Source of the DNA: Octopus vulgaris
Taxonomy: Eukaryota
Direction: 5' to 3'
Assembly (NCBI GenBank): GCA_951406725.2
Contig: OX597824.1
Location: forward strand, 81,096,001-81,160,000
DNA: 64,000 nucleotides
The position numbers and the translations under genes were made by a program. Positions 51,822-64,000 of this stretch are shown piece by piece. Below the pieces are notes generated by a model. It was not told where the DNA came from. It ran no database searches and saw nothing but the letters and a program-made list of their open reading frames with translations. Position 1 is the first letter of the stretch, and each line of letters starts with the position of its first letter.

Positions 51822-52711
51822 TGGCATGGCGTTTTGTCACCAAAGAATTGTGGCTATTCTTCAAGTATCACTTGAGAGGAAGGAGAGTAGGAGGGCAAGT
51901 TTTGTGGCACGTATGAATGACTGATGGACTATGATTCTATGAACCATGAAGTGAGAGTAGAGGGCAAGTTTTGTCTAGTGAATGTTTAAAAAGATGGGTG
52001 AATGTAGCAAGAAAGAATGTTTCCTCTCGGTCAATCTCTCATCGATTCTTCTCAAGTACACTTGAAGAGGAAAGGAGAGTAGAGAGGCAAGTTTTGTCTA
52101 GTGAATGTTTAAAAAGATGGGGAAGTAGCAAGGATGGCACGTATGAATGATCTGGTGGACGCGCCTGAAAGGATTAGAGACAAACACTTTCCTCTCTGGT
52201 CAATCTCTCATCAACTTCTTCAAGTATCACTTGAAGAGGAAAGTGAGAGTAGAGAGGCAAGTTTTGTCTAGTGAATGTTTTAAAAAGATGGGTGAATGTA
52301 GCAAGGATGGCACGTATGAATGACGAAGCCACCTTGACTATGATTCTATGAACCATAAAAATTAATACAGAGAGTTGCTTATTTGCAAAAAAAAAAAAAT
52401 TCTAACATGTGACTTCATTGACCGAGGTTACCGTGGTCTTTTCTGTAGGCTTTTCTTTCCACGGGTAAACCTCACCTGTCCTCCCCTTTACATTTCATAT
52501 TGACATTTCTGTGATAACGATCCCTATTATTCATTTTTTTTTTCTCCCCCCTCTTTTTTAAACCCCTCCCTTTTTTTGTCTTTCTTCTTTCCCTTTACGA
52601 TCCCTTTTGATCGAAAACCACCACTCTCTTTTTTTTTTACCCCCAAAAGAAAAGCTCTACCTTGTAATTTGTTCTATCTGTGTGCAGCCCTGTGTGGCTA
52701 ATAAAGAAACA
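51822..52711 (+). mobile_element. 5'-truncated Tx1/L1-like LINE (ORF2 C-terminus and 3' UTR) in (TATC)n
   Basis: 52150-52351 reads IWWTRLKG..FFKYHLKRKVRVERQVLSSECFK(frameshift)RWVNVARM..L*; IWxxR and F..RW are L1/Tx1 ORF2 tail motifs; ends aataaagaaac followed by TATC repeats. Confidence 0.75.
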
Positions 52712-52738
52712 TATCTACCTATCTACCTACCTAGCTAC

Positions 52739-52809
<71 letters not shown>

Positions 52810-52830
52810 CCTACCTAGCTACCTAGCTAC

Positions 52831-52894
<64 letters not shown>

Positions 52895-52929
52895 TTTTCT
52901 GTCTGTCTGTCTGTCTGTCTATTTTTGTG

Positions 52930-52993
<64 letters not shown>

Positions 52994-53357
52994 ACTACAT
53001 ATCTAACCTTAGGAATCGCACTCTCTATCTTTATACGTTCAGAAACATGTAAACAAATACACATACATATCAGCACACAAACACAAACAAACACACACAC
53101 ACATAACCCACCACACGCACATAACCCCCCCCACACACACACACACACTTGTACACACGTATATTACACGTCACCATGTTTATCATATTGAAGTCTCAGC
53201 GAAGACATTGAACTCAATCTATCAAAAAACATTATTTTGCTGTGGACAGAGATGAAACTTTGCCAAATATTTGATAAATTTCTTACACACAGTATTTATC
53301 TACATTAAACTGACATTCACGCGCTACTGACTAATATAACCGAATGTACGTGTACGA

Positions 53358-53424
<67 letters not shown>

Positions 53425-53511
53425 TATACTGATTCATATTTTCACACATACAGGCAAAGAAACGTTTTATCCTATGAACTCTAACACGCATATGAGTATT
53501 TAAGTGCCTGC

Positions 53512-53555
<44 letters not shown>

Positions 53556-53564
53556 AGTATGTAT

Positions 53565-53618
<54 letters not shown>

Positions 53619-54241
53619 GTGTATTTGTGTGTGAGATATGTGTACGTATATATGCATACGTATATTCATATTAATACGCATGCTCGCATAATTATAAGGC
53701 GCCTCATAGTACGGGTCATCCATATTTCTTCGCGTCTATGTTTACGCATATCTGTACGTACGCCGCCTATGTATTTATGTCTGTACGCACGTAACTATCC
53801 TTGCATGTTTATATCCGTACATATAGGCACATACATGTTTATAAATATGCGCGCGTGTGTGTGTGCGTGTGTGTGTGTGCGTGTGTGTGTGTGTGTGCAC
53901 GTGTGCTTCGTTATCGTGAATATTTATAGGGGTTTATGTAATATCTGGAAACCCTTTTATCTGATTGCATCACATATCTCAGACTGTTTGCTCGTGTTAC
54001 GAAACATGCCAGCGACTTTTGATTAATTGATTGTTTGGTTGGCAGAGTATTCTCATAATATTTATTTACTGTTAAAGTGTTGTTGACTGTGACTTAGAAG
54101 TTTAGTAGAAGAAGCCTTATCAACAATATACAAATATATATACATACATACAGGGACACACAACTATATATATAAACACACACACACATATATATATATA
54201 AATTCTGTTTATATATGTATGCTGTTTACATATATATATAC

Positions 54242-54300
<59 letters not shown>

Positions 54301-54378
54301 CATATATATATATATATACATATATAACCCTATGTATATATATATATATATATAGATGCATACTGTTTATAGTGCATA

Positions 54379-54430
<52 letters not shown>

Positions 54431-54472
54431 TATATCCAAATGGGCTGATGAAAATTCATATATATTATAATG

Positions 54473-54774
54473 TTGCTTGTTCCTTCTCGAGCCACGCCTG
54501 GCTCATAAGGGCCGGTTTCCTGGTTTCCTTGGCGTATAGGTTCCCCACCTAGAGGGGACGCCGGTCCGTCGCAGGTGAGCTGCAAGATCCAAAAGGAAAA
54601 GTGAGAGAAAGTTGTGGCGAAAGAGTCAGCAGAAGTTCGCCATTACCTTCTGCCGGAGCCGCGTAGAGCTTAGGTGCTTCGCTCATAAACACACACACCG
54701 CCCAGTCTGAGATTGGTACCTCTGATCCTTCGACCGCGAGTCTGTTGCTCTAACGACTAGGTCATGTGCCCTCG
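54473..54774 (-). mobile_element. SINE family A'
   Basis: Reverse complement of 10461-10760; imperfect TSD catata..tataatg. Confidence 0.88.
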
Positions 54775-54889
54775 CATATACTATAATGGATAGATGAAAA
54801 TAAATCATATGCAGTTCACAGCTGAGAAGCTTCAAGCACTCAAGTATCGGCCCGCACAGACTACAATAGGGATACAGAGGAACAAGGGG

Positions 54890-55409
54890 TATTGCAAATT
54901 CGGCCCTGGGTGTCCACATGAGTAATTATACATCATTCTATGCGCATATTACCAAGATGACAACACTGTGCAGGTGAGTAGATGAATGAATTCTGAGATC
55001 ATTCAGGACCAAGAAGAAGGATATATATGGAGAACTTTCGTACTCAATCGTCTAGATTAGTTTTCGTAATTGTGGTCACCACAGAGCGCGATACTGGCAG
55101 AGGAATTGAGGAAATCCAGTGCCACTACACAAAAAAAGGTTGACTTGATGAAACTGATGAACTACTGGAAGAGGCTAAAGAAACAGAATCTCTACTCCTT
55201 AGAAAGAAGGCGTGAAAGATATGCTGTGATACAAACATGGAAGGTTCGGAAAGGTCTCGCTCCCCACAGAAATTTGGAAGTGAAAGATATATCAAACATG
55301 AGACTGGGCTGTAGTGCATAGTATCAAAGATCCCGTCTGGTCTATCTAGAATAAGGACTCAGTACTGTGAAATCTTGGGTATCAAGGGTCCACAAATATT
55401 CAACATCCT
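54890..55409 (+). mobile_element. CR1-type LINE RT C-terminal remnant
   Basis: ILRSFR..NRLD..WSPQ..YWKRLKKQNLYSLERRRERYAVIQTWKV..GL matches the CR1 WSP..Y.ERL..L.SLERRR signature. Confidence 0.8.
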
Positions 55410-55600
55410 TATTTCTTTATTGCCCACAAGGAGCTAAACATAGTGGGGACAAACAAGGACAGACAACGGGATTGAGTCGATTACATCGACTCCAGTGTGT
55501 AACTTGTACTTTATTTATCGACCCTGAAAGGATGAAAGGTAAAGTTGACCTCGGTGGAATTTTAACTCAGAACGTAACGGTGAGACGAATTACCGCTAAG
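55410..55600 (-). mobile_element. SINE family D, 5'-truncated
   Basis: Tail and central domain present. Confidence 0.85.
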
Positions 55601-55686
55601 GTGTGGGTGTGTGTGTGTGTGTATAGAAAGATGGATAGATACATAGATAGATGGCTGGATAAACGGGCAGATAGATAGGTAGATAT

Positions 55687-55722
55687 GTTTCTTTATTAGC
55701 CACACAGGGCTGCACACAGATA
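55687..55722 (-). mobile_element. Minimal 3' tail of Tx1/L1-like LINE in (GATA)n
   Basis: Reverse complement tatctgtgtgcagccctgtgtggctaataaagaaac is identical to the end of 51822-52711. Confidence 0.8.
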
Positions 55723-55970
55723 GATAGATAGGTAGATAAATAGATAGATAAATAAATAGTTGGATAGAAAGTTTGATACATAGACAGATAGGTAGACAGA
55801 TAAGTAAGTAGACAGGTAGATAAATAGATGGATAGATAGATATATAAATAGATAAATAGATAGACAGACAAATAAATAAATAGATAGATAGATAGATAGA
55901 TTGATTGGATTGATGGAGAGAAAGACGGATAGATTGATAGATATACATACATACATATTGATAGGTAGGT

Positions 55971-56058
<88 letters not shown>

Positions 56059-56175
56059 GTATCATTACATCTTGACATGTTGCAAATGACACAATTTTAC
56101 GCGGTTGAATAGCGCGTAATGTCTATCGGACTGATGCAACAGAAATTAAATCTCCACCACCACCAGCACCACCAG

Positions 56176-56226
<51 letters not shown>

Positions 56227-56276
56227 AACAACAACAACAACTACTACTACTACTACTACTACTACTACTGCTGCTG

Positions 56277-56354
<78 letters not shown>

Positions 56355-56704
56355 ATTTTTGCGCTAACAGCCAAATAAACTGGTGGTCGAAATAAACGAC
56401 TTCTTCAAATCTCTCGTTTCCCATTTACGAGACATTTAGTTGTAAACTTCAATGTTTGAAGATAAAGATGATATAGCAAGGTAGAGTGTCCTGTGATTAC
56501 ATTACACTGTTTATAGAGTCCGCTGAAGAGATTTGTTAGAACGATAGACATGGATCTCAACGGGAGAAGTCTATAACAAGCTGGATATTTGGATATTTGG
56601 TTGAGTTTTATTGGTTCAATGAAGGAAGTCATTGCGATGTTTATCTGATAGCTTGGAGTGGACAATCTGAGTGATAAAGTGTGATAAGTAGAAGAAAACG
56701 GATT

Positions 56705-56751
<47 letters not shown>

Positions 56752-57097
56752 AAGAGAGAGAGAAAAAGAGAAATAGAAGCGAAGAGAAGAGAAGAAATGA
56801 AATGAAGGAGAAAGACCGGGGGTGGGGGAAAGTAAAAACAAAAAAACAAAAAGAAAAAGAAATGACGTCAGAGGAGTTAAAAGTAATAGTGATGGTAAGA
56901 GAGAGAGAGGGGGAGGGGGAAATGGATGTGGAGATAAAAAGAGAGGAAAAGATGCGGAGGTATAAAGCTGTAGGTGGGAGGGAGGGGTGAGGGATAATAG
57001 GATACATGCAAAGTGAGATGAAAAAGTGAGGGTTTGTGTAGTGGTTGGAGAGGAGGTGAAAGGTGAGTGGGTACAAACATTGGAAATGAACCATGGA

Positions 57098-57158
<61 letters not shown>

Positions 57159-57194
57159 CATTGCCTTTTCATGTTGAGTTATATAGGTGGTGTG

Positions 57195-57530
57195 CAGGCG
57201 CATGGCTTAGTGGTTAGAGCGTAGAGCTTACGATCGTGAGGTTGTGAGGTTCGATTCCCGGACCGGGCTGGTTGTTGTATTCTTGAGCAAGACACTTTAT
57301 TTCACGTTGCTTCAGTTCACTCAACTGTAGAAATGAATTGCGACATCACAGGTGCCAAGCTGCATCGGCCCCTTTGCCTTTCCCTTGGATAACACTGGTG
57401 GCGTGGAGAGGGGAGGCCGGTATGCATGGGTGACCGCTGGTCTTCCATAAACAACCCTGCCCTGACTTGTGCCTCGGAAGGTATATTTCTAGGTGTAACC
57501 CCATAGTCATTCATGACCGAAGGGGGTCTC
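57195..57530 (+). mobile_element. SINE family C, full length
   Basis: Homologous to 13138-13471; B box ggttcgattccc. Confidence 0.9.
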
Positions 57531-57892
57531 CTCCTCTCCTCCTATATAGGTAGTATAGTAAAACAGTTTAATCTAAAGAGTTCTTCAAATACCTTTTAGA
57601 CAATTCGGTGAAGGCTAATATGCCGAAACCACTTTATATTGTTAAATACATACATACATACATACATACATACATACATACATACATACATACATACATA
57701 CATACATTCATACATACATACATACATACATACATACATGTATGTGTATGCACGTGCACTTGGATATATGAGCAGTTCCTCAGAAATGCTCAGTTTCGTG
57801 TGAAATCACATTTAAAACGGTGGAAATGTTTTACCATGACACTTTCCCAGCTGATGCCAATGCGCGTGTCTGTGTGTCTGCGTGTGCACTTG

Positions 57893-57949
<57 letters not shown>

Positions 57950-58030
57950 AAATGTATATATATGCATATATATATATATATATGTATATAAATGTATATA
58001 TATGCATGTGTATGTTTGTACATGTGCATG

Positions 58031-58072
<42 letters not shown>

Positions 58073-59459
58073 GAAGAGAAATAATAAAAGCATGAAAAGT
58101 TAGCTGGAGGAAATTGAGAAAAAAAGAAAGAAATGGCAAAAGAGAGGATGGAAGAAATTAAGAAATGAAGATAACGGCGTATTGTACGTTCCTTTGTTTT
58201 TCTGAATGCACCCTTCCACCATTTTGTTTCTTAGTAACACAAAAATTGCATCTTTATATTCGCCACTGGAAACATTCCTGGTAATAGCAATATCTCTCAT
58301 TATGGAACAACAGTCTCACAGAATGATTTCGTGGAGCTCATGACAAGTAGCATTGTAAGTTTACTCAATTTGATATAGCTAATTTTTATCCCTGTATCAT
58401 AAAGCCGCTTTTCAAAGCTTTAGTCTTCGCAAATATAATCACAGCGATTAGCGAATCCGCCATTAATATAATTATGCACGCATGGAAATGATGCCGAATG
58501 AAAAATTATACTATGTAAATAAGAATCCGAACCAGCCGTACAAAATTTTACGTAATTTAATTCTTAACATTAATAAACCCGTATCAACGTTATCGTCAGA
58601 TGAAACCACATTTATATGCACCTCTCATTATTATAACGCATCTCTCCGGAACAGTGGATTCTCAGAGAAAATACAATATTAATTTGCATCTAATGTTCCT
58701 ACGCGCAAAAGTACGAAACGGAAAATTATGGGATACAGTCCTGTGTGATAATGTAAGTGAGGAAACAAACATAATTAAAGAGATCCTTAAATCAATATCC
58801 TTTACGTTCCACTGAAATACAAATACCACAAAATCTTTAGCAGAAATTTGATTAAGGTTAACTACGCTGTGTGTAAAAACTTCGAAAGTTCGCTTACAAT
58901 TTGCAATACTAAATAGCATTCTATTGTAATTAATGCAAATTCTGCACCTACGCGTGACTGGGGCTATCACAGTAATTGCCAACCGAAATGCAAATTTCAA
59001 GAGATGTCATTAGTGTACTGTACACCTGGACAGCACTTCAAAGTCGAAATTATCTATTCGATTTACCAAACAGGATTTTAAAACGCGGTTTTATCAGCTC
59101 AGGCATTATTTCATTAAGCAGGAAAGAAAATTCTCCACAGTGTTATCAAAGTATATTTAGCTTCGAGAGTATCTGAGCCACTTAGGCTAAATATCATTAT
59201 TAAATGTATTATATGAAAATAGTAATGCATAAACATCGTTGAAATATAAGTAACCACAAATGGCCGCTGTAATTCAATTCAGCTTCAATTACTTATATCG
59301 GAATTTTATTCAACCGGGCGGCTCTTTGCAATAAAAATGAAAGTTTTATTCCCTGGTTATTTTTAAATATTTGCTTTTATATATCAGAAGTGACAAAACT
59401 CGCCTGTATATGTGACTGGCTGTGAGTGTACATCTTCATAAGGTCTAGCTAGTTGAAGT

Positions 59460-59618
59460 AATACCAGAGGGCGCACACTCTCATACCCTGATGTAATCTC
59501 CAGGGATACAGGCATCCAGCAACAGGACCTCCGTAATGCCATGATGGACCGTGAAGTCTGGCGTAGCATGGCAAATTGCATTGTCTCGACCACGGTCGAA
59601 CAATGATGATGATGATGA
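59460..59618 (+). mobile_element. RTE-like LINE 3' end with (TGA)n tail
   Basis: RGRTLSYPDVISRDTG..LRNAMMDREVWRSM..* followed by tgatgatga; GR...D.I..D......A.DR..WR is the RTE C-terminal pattern. Confidence 0.7.
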
Positions 59619-59966
59619 CATCTGGTGTTCTCGTTACCCGGAGCAGGGACAATTTTTCGTCTCCCGATAAATATTGCCTTTAAACTTAACCCGTCAACAA
59701 GAGGTGTTTCCTCGCATGAATATCGCTGTAACTTTCGATCCAACGATGTATATGTATTACGTATGAGACGTAGATCGATACATACATATATGTGTGCGTG
59801 TGTATGTAAGAATGTGTACATATACGTATATATGTGCAGATGTATAGACACACAAACGCTATCACACGCGCACATATAAACACACACGCACACACACACA
59901 CAAACACACATATAAATGAGTGAATATTCAATGCATACACATAAATATATTATTACGATTATTATT

Positions 59967-59999
<33 letters not shown>

Positions 60000-60019
60000 A
60001 TTATTATTATTGCTATTAT

Positions 60020-61552
60020 TTTATGTTTGACTTTTGCTTTACATTTGTACAAGTTGGCTCCAAGTCTCACCCAGAGACTTCAAGAGACAACAAGTTAGAA
60101 GTTCATGTTGGTGTTATACTTAGGGTGCCATATATTTGGTCCTGTATATAGTGTTGTTCTAAAGAATATTTAAGAAACCATAAGACAATTATGTGTTTGT
60201 TTTAAAATTTTGAAATTTTGAAATTTCAAAACTTGAGATTACATAGAAATTTATTTCTTTACAACCCACATGGGGCTAAACACAGAGGGGGCAAACAAGG
60301 ACAGACAAACGGATCAAGTCGATTACATCGACCCCAGTGCGTAACTGGTACTTAATTTATCGACCCCGAAAGGATGAAAGGCAAAGTCGACCTCGGCGGA
60401 ATTTGAACTCAGAACGTAACGGCAGGCGAAATACGACTACGCATTTCGCCCGGCGTGCTAACGTTTCTGCCAGCTCGCCGCCTGTGATTACATAGAAATT
60501 ATTTTGCATATGATATGGGCTGTTCCCATGTGCACTATCTTTTGAATTTCTGCCATTTTGGAGTTTCCTGGTATCTGAGCTAGGTAACAATCAGCCCCTT
60601 TCTCTATCATTCGTAGGGCACTTATGACAACAGGTATAGTTTTAGTCTTCAGGTTCCACATTTTGCTAATTTCTTTTTCAAGATCTTTATACTTGCTCAG
60701 TTTTTGGTAGGTCTTGACAGATACATTTATATCGATGTGGACAGTCATATCAATGTGGAGGCATGTTCTTGGTTTGAAGTCTTTCAATATGATGTCTGGC
60801 ATATTTGCATCTATCTTTCTGTCAGTTTGAATGGTGAAGTTCCAGAGGAGTGAGATGTGATCATTTTCAAGCATTGGGGGTGGTTTGTGTTCCCATCAGT
60901 TTTTATCATAGGGCAAGTCCAGGTATTTTGCAAATTACCCAGTAAATATATTGTACAATTCTATCATGCCTGTTGAGATACTCTATAGACGCAAGAAGAC
61001 TGCACAAGGAGGCAACATGATCAATGGTTTCATTTTGTTGTTGACATACACGGCATATCGGTAAGCTGCCGTTCTTTAATATGTTGGCATGATAGTTCCT
61101 TGTAGGTAGGCATTGATCTTGGGCTATTATGATAAACCATTCTGTTTCAGATTATAAGCCAGAGGCCATTAGCCATTGATGGGTAAGGGCTCTGTCAACA
61201 TCTGCATTATTCACTCTCTTTGGGTATTTGCTATTGAGAGGTTTTTCTTGCCATTTATCATTCAGAATATCTAAGGCAACAGTTTTAGCACGGGTTTTCA
61301 GGCGCTTAGCTTTTTCTGTGCATGTTTCTTGTATGTCTAATTCCGTAATTTGTTGTATTCGGAATTCACTTAAATATTCCTTTGCCTGTTTTGTTACCGA
61401 GCATGATGCTTTCTTGTTTTCATGTTTTGAAACAGGTTTTAACATCCAGTCCTCAGAGTTTTTCAGGTATGTGTCTAGGCCAGTTTCGGCAATCTTCATT
61501 GTTAATGCCAGTTGTAAAAGTCCAAGGCCTCCCTCTTTTCTTGGCAGATAAA
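60020..61552 (-). mobile_element. 5'-truncated R4/Dong-clade non-LTR retrotransposon (RT end, CCHC, RLE) between (TAA)n arrays
   Basis: YLPRKEGGLGL; CRVCQQQNETIDHVASLC (CCHC); RHD; LLWNFTIQTDRKIDANMPDII..IDM....N....QKLSKY (PD-(D/E)xK RLE); PVVISAL. AAT repeats lie at both ends on the minus strand. Confidence 0.88.
60252..60485 (-). mobile_element. SINE family D inserted at the Dong ORF stop
   Basis: 15-bp TSD gattacatagaaatt at 60237-60251 and 60486-60500. Confidence 0.92.
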
Positions 61553-61617
61553 ATCATCATCATCATCATCATTCTTCTTCTTCTTCTTCTTCTTCTGATT
61601 ATTATTATTATTATTAA

Positions 61618-61760
<143 letters not shown>

Positions 61761-62004
61761 CGGCAGCAAATTTTAATAATTGATAATAACAACAATAACA
61801 TTAGTGGTCTGTTGCATATGTTTAGTGAGATTGGTTAAGCTGGTGCTTCGGGTACCCTCTGATATAATTATGACTTTATTATACACAAACACACACACGC
61901 ACGCGCGTACACACACACACACACACACACATACATACATACATACTTACATACATACATACATACATATATACAAATATATACATACACACACACTTGT
62001 ATCG

Positions 62005-62165
62005 GTGCGGCGTGGCTGTGTGGTAAGAAGCTTGTTTCCCAACCGCATGATTCCAGGTTCAGTTCCTCTGCGTGGCACCTTGGGAAAGTGATTTCTACTA
62101 TAACGACGGGCCGACCATAGCGTTGTAAGTGGATTTGGTAGACGGAAACTGAAAGAAGCCCGTTA
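62005..62165 (+). mobile_element. SINE family E, 5' half
   Basis: cgtggctgtgtggtaagaagcttg..ggatttggtagacggaaactgaaagaagcccg followed by microsatellite. Confidence 0.85.
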
Positions 62166-62175
62166 TGCATACATC

Positions 62176-62262
<87 letters not shown>

Positions 62263-63114
62263 TGTGTGTGTGTGTGTGCGTGCATGCGTTTGTGTATACA
62301 TATATATATATATATGTGTATATATATGTATATATGTACATAAATACATATATATGAATACAAGCACGCGTGTAAGTAGACGGGCATATACATGTATTTG
62401 TATATATGCATATGTAATATCTATACATAATTACACACACACACACACACACACACATGCAAATACACAAAGGAAGCATATAGCATCCTACATAGAGCGA
62501 AAAAATAACCTATGACCTGTACCTCAAGACGTTATTGGAAAAGTAGATTACAAAAGACAATAAAATATTACAAAACAAAAAATAAACACCGTATACACAC
62601 ACATACGCAAAACAAACACACACTCGCCCATACACACACACACACACACGAAACAGACACGTGCGCGTGTATACGTACGAACAGAATCACACATTTCCAA
62701 TTATTTTAATTCTTTTTCTTCAACTTTATTACATTAATGCACGTTTGTGATTCTATTAGACATTCTTGCTAATTATTAAGAATACAAAATATTTCAGTAA
62801 AATTCCTCCAAGACTTCTTCTCCCAAAACCTTCGTTTTCATTAGGAAAAGCTCTTGGAATTTTTTACATTTTGTTTCCTGTTTTTTTTTGTTGTTGATTT
62901 TGGTGTTGTTGTTGTTGTTGTTGTTATTGTTGTCTTTGTTGTTGACATCTTCTTTACAGATTTGCTCCTGTTTTTTTTTTTGTAGGTTTTGTTTTTGTTT
63001 CTTTTTTGTTGGTTTTTTTTTTTATTGTTTTCGTGTTGTTTTTGTTGTATATTTTCCAGCTTATGCATTTCGTTATTCAAATCATTCCCCATTATCTCTA
63101 TCATAAACATAATT

Positions 63115-63801
63115 TATCATTATCAGTGTCACCGTCCTTATCATCGTCGTGATCATCATCATCATCAACATCGTCGTCGTCATCATCATCATCATCATCA
63201 TCAACATCGTCGTCGTCATCATCATCATCATCATCATCATAATCATCATCACCATTATCATTATCATAATCACCATCACCACCATCATCATTATTATCGT
63301 CATCGTCATCATCGTCGTCAACGTCTTCATCATCATCAACATATTCATCGTCATCATCGTCATCATCATCATCATCATCATCATCATCGCCATTATCATT
63401 ATCATAATCACCATCACCACCATCATCATTATTATCGTCATCGTCATCATCGTCGTCATCGTCTTCATCATCATCAACATATTCATTATCATAATCGCCA
63501 TCACCACCATCATCATTATTATCATCATCATTATTATCATCATCATCATCAACGTCGTCGTCGTCAGCATCATCATCATCCTGGACATTATCAACATCAT
63601 CGTCGCCATCGTCATCGTCATCATCGTCATCGCTATCATCACCGTCGCAATCATTATCGACATCATCGCCATCATCATCATGTTCTTTATCATCATCGTC
63701 AACATCCTTATCATCGTTATCATCATTCATCATATCATCTTCATCATCATCATCGTCACCATCGTCGTCGCCAACATCATTGTCATCATCATCGTCATCG
63801 C

Positions 63802-63833
<32 letters not shown>

Positions 63834-63860
63834 CCATCATCATTATCACCACCATCATCA
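63115..63860. repeat. (CAT)n-type microsatellite with an internal ~100-bp duplication
   Basis: cattatcattatcataatcaccatcaccaccatc..caacatattcat at ~63253 and ~63390. Confidence 0.92.
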
Positions 63861-64000
63861 AATAGCAAATCCAATTTCCCTCACATCACGATAATCGTAT
63901 TATCGACAAACTCAGAGTAACGAATGGAAAGATTTTGTTTTGTGATAAGTTATCTTACCTTACTTTTTTGTGTTGAATATGTTTAATCACAGTTATACTC

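Noticed and set aside
59384-60070. 228-aa minus-strand ORF
   Set aside because: Composite of microsatellites and the antisense of the RTE fragment.
62989-63894. His-rich, Asp-rich and Met-rich ORFs (possible biomineral or reflectin-like protein)
   Set aside because: (CAT)n microsatellite open in four frames; no reflectin motif or other coding signal.
63908-63921. aaactcagagtaac, matching the 3' half of the family 1 HHR
   Set aside because: Only 14 nt, lacks CUGAUGA and flanking homology; probably chance or an unresolvable fragment.

Overview
Eukaryotic, AT-rich, intergenic or intronic DNA saturated with microsatellites ((TA)n, (TATC)n, (TATG)n, (CA)n, (GAA)n, (CAC)n, (ATT)n, (CAT)n) and transposable elements. 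The tRNA-headed SINE families and microsatellite load point to an octopus or other coleoid cephalopod genome (inference). I found no convincing host protein-coding gene; nearly all listed ORFs are translated microsatellites. Recognisable elements are: more than 30 SINE copies in about five modular families; four non-autonomous Helitrons; a full-span decayed Chapaev3-type transposon with TIRs and TAA TSD; fragments of Penelope-like (GIY-YIG), R4/Dong, Tx1/L1, CR1 and RTE retrotransposons; and two foldback MITEs. The most notable signal is a set of type I minimal hammerhead-ribozyme (HHR) motifs in at least three to four distinct (TA)n-associated elements. These include two identical HHRs inside a ~99% identical 400-bp inverted repeat, a recurrent non-canonical CUGUNGA core physically linked to a Penelope endonuclease tail, and a possible G3-C8 swapped core. 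Different retroelement clades appear to occupy different microsatellites: Penelope-like in (TA)n, Tx1-like in (TATC)n, Dong-like in (TAA)n. All alignments, translations and folds were done by eye, so boundaries are approximate.
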